From Sphyrna mokarran (taxonomy: Eukaryota), in contig JAGIQG010000009.1 of the NCBI GenBank assembly GCA_024679065.1, forward strand, positions 95,666,001 through 95,730,000: DNA of 64,000 nucleotides. The letters are read 5' to 3'. The notes beneath the pieces were generated by a model that did no database searches, was not told the DNA's origin, and worked only from the letters and a program-made list of their open reading frames with translations. Positions 38,938 to 49,779 of the stretch are shown piece by piece (the stretch's first letter is position 1; every line of letters begins with the position of its first letter). A program made the position numbers and the translations under genes.

Positions 38938-39398
38938 AAAGAACAAAGAACAAAACAGCACGGGAAACAGGCCCTTCAGCCCAATGAGCCCACCCCGTCA
39001 CCCCAATGTTCCCACCTCTACCCGCGATCCCTGTCCATGTTTATAGATCTATGGATTAAAAACCAAATTTGAGACAATTTAGGGAGAATTTGTTTTGCCA
39101 ATTAGCCTAAGAGCACATCTTTGGGATGTGGGAGGAAACCGGAGCACCCGGAGAAAACCCACGCAAGCACGGGGAGAATGCGCAAACTCCCACAGACACA
39201 GGCCCAAATCCATGTATCTGCACAGCACAGCGATAGTCACTGAGCTGTCGTGTTGCCCATCAAATGGTCCAGGTCAAGCGTACACTAACGACGTGAAGCA
39301 CTAGGATACTCTCGAAAAAAATCCAAGAGCAGCCCTCTCACGACCCATCGCGTGTATGCCCCTTGTTAGACAACAAGGTGGATCAAAGCACCTGTAGG
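38938..39398 (-). mobile_element. CR1 3'UTR-only copy nested in a Penelope derivative
   Basis: Near-identical to 22860-23315, with (GAACAAA)n tail. Confidence 0.85.
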
Positions 39399-39750
39399 CC
39401 TCTGATCTTTGGGTAAGTTTCTCCAAGCGGCCTTCATGACACACGACGGTGCAGAGTCGCTGAACAGAGACTGATAGCCAAGTTCCCCACACCTGAGGAC
39501 GGCTTCAGCCGGGATCTTGGGTTCATGCCACACTATCTGTAACCCACGTGACTTGTCTAGATTTGCAAAATCTCACTAACTGTCCTGTCTGGAGACAATA
39601 CCATCTTTTTAACCTGTGCTTAACCCTCACTCCACTCACATTGTCTGTACCTTTAAGATTTGATTAACTGAAAAGACTCACATTCTGACCATTATTTTGT
39701 AAATTCAGTTTGTGTCTTTATGTGCCCGGTTTGTGAACAAAACTCCCACT

Positions 39751-39786
39751 CACCTGACGAAGGAGCAACGCTCTGAAAGCTAGTGG
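39751..39786 (+). ncRNA. Minimal hammerhead ribozyme motif (Penelope-associated)
   Basis: cac CTGACGA a ggagc aac gctct GAAA GC TA gtg. Confidence 0.65.
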
Positions 39787-39874
39787 CGTTTGCCACCAAA
39801 TAAACCTGTTGGACTTTAACCTGGTGTTGTGAGACTTCTTACTGTGTATACCCCAGTCCAGCACTGGCATTTTC

Positions 39875-40187
39875 ACACCAGGGTTAATGCCCCAGTACCT
39901 AGCCTGGCATTGCCCCACTCACACCCCATCACTCACTGACCCAGGGTTAATGCCCCAATACCTAGCCTGGCGTTGCCTCTCTCACACCCCGTCACTCACT
40001 GACCCAGGGTTAATGCCCCAGTATCTAGCCTGGCATTGCCCCTGTCACACCCCATCACTCACTGACCCAGGGTTAATGCCCCAGTACCTAGCCTGGCATT
40101 GCCCCTGTCACACCCCATCACTCATTGACGCAGGTTTAATGCCCCAGTACCCAGCCTGGCATTGCCCCTTCACACTCCATCACTCAC
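39875..40187. repeat. 63-nt minisatellite, intron 1 of gene B (~5 units, one more at ~38155-38218)
   Basis: Same unit as in gene A; 21-aa periodicity in the ORF track. Confidence 0.9.
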
Positions 40188-40236
40188 CTGCAGACACCTC
40201 TCCACACAGAAGGACCAGCACTATCAGTCCAATCAT
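40188..40236 (-). CDS. MHC class I gene B, exon 1 (signal peptide)
   Basis: (MREAA)MIGLIVLVLLCGEVSA-G, donor G|GTGAGT; upstream in-frame ATG at 40251. Confidence 0.8.
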
Positions 40237-40324
40237 TGCTGCTTCTCTCATATTGGGGAAACGTTTGGAGATCTGTATCCTGCATTTACGGGAAGAGGTG
40301 TTCCAATTCCGAGAACCTACCGCA

Positions 40325-40425
40325 GCCTGATTGGACTTAAATACAAATCCACCAATCAGAATAAAAACATCGTGTGAGTCATTAGTCTCCGGCAGAATAG
40401 GCACAAAACAGATTGAGAAGCAAAC
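40325..40425 (-). promoter_or_regulatory. Gene B class I promoter, S-X-Y plus CCAAT
   Basis: Minus strand: TTCTCAATCT..CTGCCGGAGAC TAATGAC..CTGATTGGT..TCCAATCAG. Confidence 0.7.
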
Positions 40426-43029
40426 TTTTGCCTCCAATTGTGTTAAGGAAATGTGTTGCGATTCTGCCAGTGCATTGTGCTACTTCAGCAGCGCAGCGTG
40501 CAGGGAGAGTAGAGCGAGCTTCCTGCTACACGTCGGATTTCCGGCGCGGAGTCATATCATTTATTTACATCATGATTTCAATCTAATGAGCGGGCCTGTG
40601 ACGGAATTCTCCGCGCCCGCCAGCGTCCCCCGCGTCCCGCCAGTCGGGTTCAGAATAGACCCCCACTTGCTGGCGGCCAGACCGCACTGGAGTGAAGGGG
40701 GTGCGGGTAGATAGGGTACCTCCTCCTGAGCATTGCCAGTTTGTCAGTACCAGCCTGCCCCCTCCCCAGCATTTTACGAGGGGGCAAGGTGCCAATGCCC
40801 AGAGGGGGCAACTTGGCATTGCCCAACGGGAGGGGGCATTGGGCAATGTCAAGGGGCGGGGCCTAATGGGACAGGGACTGATGAGGGGGCAGAATGTCTT
40901 GCGGGGGGGGGGGTATCAATGGGGGAGGGGACCCACTGCCATTCTGCCACTCTACACTGAGTGACAGAGAGAGGGAGGCCAGTGATTGGGGGGTGGCCAT
41001 CAATGTGGGGGGTGGGGGCATAGTGTGTGGGAGGGGGACGTCACGGCTGTGAAAAGGGTTCCTGTTTGGTGGGGGCGGGGGGCGAGATTAGGACTGCTGA
41101 GGGACAGACTGATGCCGAGGAGATGGAGGGGGGAATGGGGGCCCGCGAGCTTGGTCACGTCACTGGGTGCCAGCGATCGGTCCATGGAGGAGTTGGAGGG
41201 GCAGCGATGTAGGGGTGCTGGGGCTGGCCAGTGAATGAATTGGCCGGTGATCAGGAAATTCGCAGTGTGGGACTGCTGCACGCGCGCCAATCTCGGCACT
41301 GACAGATTGTGTACGCGCAATGGCCCACTCAGCACTATGCTGCCGGCCTCTTCAGCGATAATAGTTCCCGCCCACTGATCTTTAGTGAGATTCGCACTAG
41401 TGTACTCCGTGATGCAGAGTCTGGGACATTCATTTCGAAAGTCTCACTGAAAATATGGTGAATTCGACACAATATTTTTTTTGGAGAATTCCACTCATGC
41501 TGCTAATTATATCTGGGTGGTGTCTAATAGGGACCTTGACAAATTCCTCTAATTCTGGTTCAGTGAGTGCCAATGTTTCAAGTCTGCATCAGGTTAAGTG
41601 AGTGGGCAAAAATTTGGCAGATGAAATATAGCGTCAGAAAATGTATTTAGTACAAAGAATAAAGGAGCCGAATTTTATTTGAAGGGAGAAAGGAGCAGCA
41701 CAGAAGAATTAGGAATCTTCATGCATAAATCACAGAAAGATTTATCAGCATCAATCATATCTGCAGATATGAGGGAAGATAAATGGAATATCGGCCTCTA
41801 TTTCAAAGGGAATGGAGTATAAACTAGGGAAGCCTTGCTAAAGACTAGTTACACCACATCTGGAATTTTGTGAATATTTTTGGTCCCCTTATATAAGAAA
41901 AGATATACTGGTTTTGAAGGCAGTCCAGAACATGTTCATTCGGTTGATCCCAGGAATAGAAGGATTCACATATGAGGAACAATGCAAACTGTATGGAGAA
42001 CACAGACAGCTGCAAAGAGTTTAGGATAATTTAAACAAATGGGCTGCAAGGTGGCAGATGAGGAGTCACACCATCATAATATGGCCTTCTGTGCATTCAC
42101 ACTGGCCCATATAGAAATCACTCTGCTAAACCCAGCCTGCCAGAAGGTCTTTAAATTGATACATGTACATCCTTCAGGCCATTGACAGGGTATCACATGA
42201 TAAGTTATTGCATAAGGTTAAATCTCACGGCATCCAGAATGAGGTAGCCAAATGGATATAAAATTGGCTTGATGACTGAAGACAGAGGGTAGTTATACTC
42301 GGTTGTTTTTAAAACTGGAGGCCTGTGACCAGTGGTGTACCTCAGGGATCTGTGCTGGTATGTATGCTGTTGGAGACCAGAACGCCTCATTCACCTGACA
42401 AAGGCCATAGGTCGAAAGCTTGTGAGTTTACTATCAAATAAATCGGTTGGATTTAAACCTGATGTTGTCAGACCTCTTCCTGTATTGTCCTATCAAGACA
42501 GACTAAATAGTCTGGATCTGTATTCCTTGGAGTTTAGAAGAGTAAGTGGTGACCTCATTCAAAGATCTGTGGGAGCTTGACAGGGCGAGATGTTTTCACT
42601 CTGGGGAGAATCTCAAATATGGGGATATGGCTGCAAGATAAAGAACCAGTCATTTAAAACTGAGATGTGTAGAAATTTCTTCTCACAGAGTGTGGTGAAT
42701 CTCTGGAATTCTGTGCCCCAAATGGTGATGGAGGCTGAATTATTTGTAGTATTTAAAGTCGAGATGGATGAATCTTTGATAGATCAGGGAATAGACCGCT
42801 GGCTGTGGGAAATGGCATAGAAAAGGAGCTGAGGCTGGCATAGATCAGCCATGATCATACTGAGTGGTGGGGCAGGCTTGAAGGGCTTAGTGACATATTC
42901 TCACTGCTTGTGTTCATTTGATTTATCAGTATAGAATACACATTCACTCTGTACTCAAATAAAATGTAAACATCTATACAATTGAAGCTTTTAAGACTAA
43001 TAGATATCATTGTCCCATAAATAATGTTC

Positions 43030-46000
43030 ACGAGGAGTTTAGAAGTGGTGGCGGTGACCGAGACGTGGTTGAAGGAGGGGCAAGACTGGCAATTGAATAT
43101 TCCAGGGTATAAGTGTTTTAGGCATGACAGAGTTGGTGTGAGGAGAGGCGGGGGAGTGGCTTTATTAGTTAAGGACAACATCATAGCAGTGCAGAGGGAG
43201 GGAGGTATGGATGATTTAGGAATTGAGTCTCTATGGGTGGAGTTGAGGAATAGGAAGGGAGTGGTTACTCTGTTGGGTGTTTACTACAGACCGCCCAACA
43301 GCCCGCGGGCCGTGGAAGAAGGGATATGCAGGGACATTTTAGATAAGTGTAGGAAAAATAGGGTAGTAGTAGTGGGAGATTTCAATTTTCCTGGAGTAGA
43401 TTGGAGAGTGCCCAGAGCTGTAGGAGTGGACGGGGAGGAATTTGTACAGTGTGTTTTGGAAGGGTCCTTGGAGCAGTATGTGGATGGCCCGACTAGAGAT
43501 GGGGCTATACTGGATTTGGTTCTGGGGAATGAGCCAGGCCAGGTGGTTGACGTCGAGGTAGGAGAGCAGGTGTCAAATAGTGATCACAACTCTGTCTGCT
43601 TTAGGATATTAATGGAAAAGGACGAGACTGGCCCAAAAGGGAAGGTATTTAACTGGGGGAGGGCTAGATACGGCCAGATTAGGCAAGATCTTAAAGATAC
43701 CGACTGGGATAAGCTTTTTGAGGGCAGGTCAACGAGGTACATGTGGGAGTCTTTCAAGGGAAAACTAAACTCTCTGCAGGAAAGATACGTGCCGGCAAGG
43801 AGGAAGGATGGGAAAGGTAGGATTAGAGAACCGTGGCTTACCAGGGAGATTGAGGACTTGATCAGGAAAAAGTGAGAGGCTTACATTAGATCTGGGCAAC
43901 TAGGGACTGAGACAGCGCTGGAAGCTTATAGAGAGTGTAGACTGGATCTTAAAAGGGGTATTAGAAAGGCAAAAAGGGGCCACGAGGTGGCTCTGGCAGG
44001 TAGGATTAAGGAAAATCCAAAGGCATTTTACACCTATGTAAGGAGCAAAAGGATGGTTAGAGGCAAGATTGGACCTCTTAGGGACAGAGGAGGGGATCTA
44101 TGCTTAGAGCCTGAGGGAATGGGGGAGATCCTGAATGAATACTTTGCGTCGGTATTCACGCAGGAGACTGGACAGATGTCTGTGCCTGATGTTGACAAAG
44201 TTGAGGATCGGTTGAGGGAAATAAGGATTACGAGGAAAGAGGTGTTGGGGCTGTTAGGCAGCTTAAAGACATATAAAGCTCCGGGGCCTGATGGCATTTA
44301 CCCCAGGCTGCTAAGGGAGTTGAGGGAAGACTTGGCTGGGCCTCTGACGCAAATCTTTGTCTCTTCCTTGGACACAGGTGAGGTCCCAGAGGACTGGAGG
44401 ATAGCAAACGTAGTACCGTTGTTTAAAAAAGGTCAGAGGGATCACCCAGGGAACTATAGGCCGGTGAGCTTGACTTCAGTTATAGGTAAGCTAATGGAGA
44501 GGATCCTTAGGGACAGGATGTATGAGCATCTGGAGCGCTGCGATCTGATCAGGGATATGCAGCATGGCTTCGTCAAGGGGAAGTCTTGTCTTACAAATCT
44601 AGTGGAATTTTTTGAAGAAGTGACAAAAACAGTTGATGAAGGACAGGCTGTTGATGTCGTCTACATGGATTTCAGTAAGGCGTTTGACAAGGTTCCTCAT
44701 GGTAGACTGATAGAGAAGGTGAAGGCGCATGGGATACAGGGTCGGGTATGTAGATGGGTCGAGAACTGGCTCGGGAGGAGGAGACAGAGGGTAGTAGTGG
44801 AAGGCTCTTTTTCCGGCTGGAAGCCTGTCACTAGTGGAGTGCCACAAGGCTCAGTACTAGGTCCTCTTCTATTTGTGGTCTACATAAACGACTTGGAAGT
44901 AGGGGTAGGTGGTGAGATCAGCAAATTTGCTGATGACACCAAGATGCTTGGATTGGCGGGTACAGAAGAGCAGTGTCAGGCAATACAACAGGACATAGAC
45001 AGGTTGGTAGACTGGGCAGATAGATGGCAAATGGAATTTAATCCGGATAAATGCGAGGTGATGCATTTTGGCCGGAAAAATGTAGAAGAGAGTTATAGGA
45101 TAAAAGGTAAAACTATACGGAGCATAGAGACGCAGAGAGACTTGGGGGTGCAGGTTCACAAGTCTCTGAAGGTGTCCTCACAGGTGGAGAAGGTGATAAA
45201 GAAGGCGTATAGTATGTTAGCTTTCATAGAAAAGGGTATAGAATACAAGAGTAGGAGTTTGATGTTGCAGTTGTATAGAACGTTGGTTAGGCCTCACTTG
45301 GAATACTGCGTCCAGTTTTGGTCGCCGTACTATCGGAAGGATGTGGAGTCCTTGGAGAGAGTGCAGAGGAGGTTTACCAGGATGCTGCCTGGTATGGAAG
45401 GACTGTCTTATGAGGAACGATTAGATAGACTGGGGTTGTTTTCCCTTGAAAGACGTCGGCTTAGAGGGGATCTCATAGAGGTGTATAAGATTATAAGGGG
45501 TATAGATAGAGTAAATGGAGGTAAACTTTTTCCACCTTTAGAAATGGATAGGACGAGGGGTCATGGCCATAGGGTGAGGGGGGCTATGTATAGGACGAAT
45601 ATTAGAGGGCAGTTTTTCACACAAAGGGTAGTGGGGGTGTGGAATGCACTGCCGAGTAAGGTGGTGGGAGCAGGCACGCTGGGGCTGTTTAAGGGTCTCT
45701 TGGACAGCCACATGAGCGGTATGCAGATAGAGGGATATATTAGGACTGTTTAACTACGGCTTTTTTCCACAGGTAATTCGGTCCATACTTTGAGCATGCA
45801 TTCGGCAGGTGGTGCGGGTACAGCTCTTGGATGTTGATTCATGGGTTGCCTGGTACCTCATGTCATAAATGAGTGCTTTATGTGGACCATCTGAAGGGCA
45901 CCATGACAGCTCAGAGACTATCGATGTGGCTGTGCAGACACTTGGAATTGGGCTGGTGTCTGGGGGAGTTTGCGCGTTCTCCCCGTGGTTGCGTGGGTTT

Positions 46001-46229
46001 TCTCCGGGCATTCCGGTTTCCTCCCACAACCCAAAAATTCGCCCTTAGGCTGATTGGGAAACAAATTGTCCATTTCGTGAGAATTTTCCATATTAGGAAT
46101 AATATATATATTATTATATAGGAATAATATAATAGGATAATGGATTTGCTACTATATAGTTATGACGGCGGCGCGGGCTCGTTGGGCCGAAGGGCCTGTT
46201 TCCCGTGCTGTGTTGCTCTTAAAAAAAAA
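43030..46229 (+). mobile_element. CR1-clade LINE, 5'-truncated near-complete ORF2 (APE endonuclease + RT) with extended 3'UTR
   Basis: VAVTETWL, GVYYRPP, GDFNFP, SDHN, APGPDG, GVPQGSVLGP, KFADD; ORFs 43024-43875 and 43987-45753 are in one frame with a single TGA at 43873; CR1 tail GGGCCGAAGGGCCTGTTTCCCGTGCTG. Confidence 0.95.
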
Positions 46230-47495
46230 TACTAAGGGTATGGGTTACAGTCAGAAACGGGAGTTCAGATTGGCAGTGAGCTAATTGGTGTGATGGGCAA
46301 GGCTGGCAGGATTAGGGAACACTAATGACTAGAGATATTGAAGCTCTGGGCAATTGAAAAGAAGGAAGCATATATCAGGTATAGGCAGCTGGAATGAAAT
46401 GAATCCCTTGAAAAGTATGGGGGTGAGGAGTACTTAAAAGGGAAATCAGGAAGGCAAAAAGGGGACATGTGACAGCTTTGGCAGAGAGGGCAAAAGAGAA
46501 ACTAGGCAGAGTAGAGGGCCCCTTAAGGATGAAGGAGGTCTTTGAAACATGGCAGACTGTAGTAAGTTGAATCACATGGGATCCAGGGAGAACTAACCAA
46601 TTAGATATGAAATTGGCTTGCCAGTGGGGCCAGTAAGAAGTCTCACAACACCACGTTAAGTCCAACAGGTTTATTTGGAATCACAAGCTTTCAGAACACT
46701 GCTTCTTCTTTAGGTGAATATTACTGTGTCCACCCCAGTCCAACACCAGCATCTCCACATCATGGCTTGCTGGTAGAAGATGGAGGTGTTGTGGAGGGTT
46801 GTTTTTCAGACTGAAGGCATGTGATCAGTGGTGTGCCATAGGGATCGGTGCTGGGTCCACTGTTATTTGTCATTTGTATAAATGAGTCGGATGAGAATAA
46901 AGGAGGCATGGTTAGTAAGTTTACGAATGGCACCAAAATTGATGGTGCAATGGATATTGAAGAAGGTTTCTTTCCCTGAAGCGTAGGAGGTTGTGATGAT
47001 CTTATAGAGGTTTATAAAATCATGAGGAACATAGAAAAGGTAAAGCAACAAGGTCTTTGCTCCAGGGTAGACGCGTCTAAAACTAAAGGCTATAAATTAA
47101 AGGTGAGAAGAAAAAGTATAAAATGGGACGAAAAGAGACAACTTTTTCACACAGATGGTGGTGCATAAATAGAATGAGATGCTAGAAGAGATGGTTGATG
47201 TGGGTACAATTACAACATTTAAAATGAATTTGGACAGGTATAGATGGGAAAGGTTTAGAGGAATATGGGCCAAAAGCAGGCAAATGCGACTGGTTCAGGA
47301 AAGAAAACCTGGTGGGCATGTACGAGTTGGGCTGAAGGACCTATTTTTGTGCTGTAAATCTCTATGACTGTAAGTAAACGGTTCGCTCAGAACTGCTCCT
47401 GCTATTCATTTCCTTCCCTCTGTTACTGGATCAAATTCCTTTCGGCTCATCCTACCCAGCAACTGATGCTGTCAGCAGCTGTATTTATCTGATTG

Positions 47496-48650
47496 ATGTA
47501 GAGATGCCGGCGTTGGACTGGGGTAAACTCAGTAAAGTTTGACAACACCAATTTTAAATCCAACCGATTTATTTGATAGTAAATCAGCGAGCTTTCGGCC
47601 TTTGTGGCCTTCGTCAGGCGAATGAGGTGTTCTAGTCTCCAAAAGCACACATATCAGCACAGACAGTTTACACATTGCTGATTAGAATGCGAATCCTTAC
47701 ACCTAACCTGCGATTCAAGTCTTAAAGTGGCTAACAGCAGACGTTAGAGAGATGTGTATTGTCTCCAGACAGCACAGTAAGTGAGGTTTTTTGCTAACCC
47801 AGGCAAGTCATGGGGGTTACAGATAGTGTGACATGAAACCAAGATTCCTGTTGAGACCATCCTCATGTGTGCGGAACTTGGCTATCAGTCTCTGCTCAGC
47901 GACTCTGCGCTGTCGTGGGTCGTGAAGGCCCCCTTGAAGAATATTTACCCGAAGGTCGGAGGCCGAATGCCCGTGACTGCTGAAGTGTTCGCCCACAGGA
48001 AGGGAACTGTTTTGATTGGTGATTGTCGAGCGATGTTCATTCATCCACTGTCGTAGTGTCTGCATGGTCTCCCCAATGTACCATGCTTCGGGACATCCTT
48101 TCTTGAAACGTATTAGGTAGACAACGTTGGCCGAGTTGCAAGAGTATGTACCGTGTACCTGGTGAATGGTATTCTCACGTTTGACGATGTCGTCCATGTC
48201 AATGATCCGGCATGTTTTGCAGATGTTGCTGTAGCAGGGTTGTGTGATATTGTGGTCACTGTTCTCCTGAAGGTTGGGTAGTTTGCTGCGAACAATGATC
48301 TGTTTGAGGTTGCGCGGTTGTCTGAAAACAGGAAGTGGGGGGGGGCGGTGGGGATGGCCCTAGCGAGATGTTCATCATCATCAATGATATGTTGAAAACT
48401 CCAGAGAAGATGTCGTAGCTTCTCTGCTCCGGGGAAGTACTGGACAACAAAGGGTACTCTGTCCACCGTGTCCCGTGTTCGTCTTCTGAGGAGGTCAGTG
48501 CGGTTTATCGCTGTGGCACGTCGGAACTGTCGATCGATGAGTCGAGCGCCGTATCCTGTTCTCACGAGGGCATCTTTCAGTGTCTGGAGGTGTCTGTCAC
48601 GATCCTCCTCATCTGAGCAAATTCTGTGTGCGTTGTCAAACTTTACTGAG
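47496..48650 (-). mobile_element. Penelope-like element (GIY-YIG endonuclease 3' part)
   Basis: NVVYLIR..C..WYIGET..LRQWMNEH motif; 12-bp TSD TTTATCTGATTG at 47484-47495 and 48651-48662; short inverted end segment. Confidence 0.9.
47586..47620 (-). ncRNA. Minimal hammerhead ribozyme motif (Penelope-associated)
   Basis: gc CTGACGA a ggcc acaaa ggcc GAAA GC TC gc. Confidence 0.65.
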
Positions 48651-48679
48651 TTTATCTGATTGGACAGTTTTCAGCTATG

Positions 48680-48780
48680 AGGAAGTTTCTCAACCTGTTT
48701 GTTTCTATTCTGGCAGAGACTGACGACTCACTGAATCTCTTTATTCTGATTGGTTCAGTCCGATGTTGTGTCCAATCAGA
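48680..48780 (+). promoter_or_regulatory. Gene C class I promoter, S-X1-X2-Y plus CCAAT
   Basis: GGAAGTTTCT CAACCT (S-like)..CTGGCAGAGAC (X1) TGACGAC (X2/CRE)..CTGATTGGTT (Y)..TCCAATCAG. Confidence 0.8.
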
Positions 48781-48880
48781 CTAAATGTAAACAGAAAAGA
48801 CAGAAGAAGTGAGTTGAGAAAATGGCGTTTCTTCGAAAAAGAGTTTCCTTCAAATGTTTCCCCAAGATGAGGGAACAGCA

Positions 48881-48929
48881 ATGATTGGACTGATAGTGCT
48901 GGTCCTTCTGTGTGTAATGGTGTCTATAG
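48881..48929 (+). CDS. MHC class I gene C, exon 1 (signal peptide)
   Basis: MIGLIVLVLLCVMVSI-G, donor G|GTGAAT. Confidence 0.9.
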
Positions 48930-49027
48930 GTGAATGATGGGGTGTGAGAGGGGCAATGCCAGGCTGAAACTTACAGCAAAATCTCCAACCAGTGTCATGT
49001 CCTGAATTCTCTCTCTCTCTATTTCAG

Positions 49028-49288
49028 GCTCTCACTCTCTCCGGTATTTCCTCACGGGAATGACTTCGATCCCGGGTCTCCCGGAGTTTGTGGCTGTCGG
49101 TTATGTGGACGGTGTCCAGTTTGTTGTGTACGACAGTGATCGGAAGGAGCTGATCCCCCGGGAGCAGTGGATGGTGGAGAGCGAGGGTCCGGCAGCCTGG
49201 GCGAGGAAGAAGATCCTCGCACAGGAGGCGGAGATACATTTCAAAGATAATATAGAGATCCTGATGTATCGAACCAACCAATCGGGAG
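49028..49288 (+). CDS. MHC class I gene C, exon 2 (alpha1)
   Basis: [32 protein letters not shown]...[10 protein letters not shown]; 261 nt, AG/GT. Confidence 0.95.
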
Positions 49289-49779
49289 GTGAGTCTTCAC
49301 TTTGCCAGCACCCAGCCTCTTCCTCAGGATGCAGGACATCTGGGTCAGAACGGGACAAACTGAGAGTCGATCAGGATCTGGGACTAGGGGCTGTTTAACT
49401 GATGTTGTGCATGAGCTCTGCAAGGTCTGTTGGTCTCCTGAATCTGATTGTGGAGCCTGATTTTAAACGGGCATGAAAACTTGGTTAAGTTGGGCGTGAG
49501 GCCATTATCGCGATCCGTGCAAGTGCCCACTTTACCAAGGCCTGAAAATGGCTGTAGTCCTAATCGTGCCCGAACCGGACACAAGGATGATTTAAATAGA
49601 TTTGCATGCATTTGAATTAAATTAATGAACTGCCCTCCCAGCTTTAACAGCATTTCCCCCTTAACCATTGCGTTGGTTCGGCACGAAACAAACCTGCTCA
49701 GTAAAGGTCTGTTTTGGACGCTGAAATTCTGAAGAGATTTGTTTAGAGATTTCAATGTCTCCCTGACACAGATCGGGAT

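Larger units (their letters stand above)
38220..39875. mobile_element. Penelope derivative with inverted arms, gene B intron 1
   Basis: 38220-38740 is the reverse complement of ~39400-39870; GIY-YIG remnants; contains a nested CR1 3'UTR. Confidence 0.8.
33221..40236 (-). pseudogene. MHC class I gene B (frameshifted heavy chain)
   Basis: Exons 40236-40188, 36635-36380, 36058-35786, 35710-35447, 34029-33925, 33492-33460, 33267-33220 (stop 33221-33223). Exon 2 is 256 nt versus 261 in A and C (5-nt deletion near 36444), giving a stop early in exon 3; exon 4 donor is GC. Confidence 0.8.
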
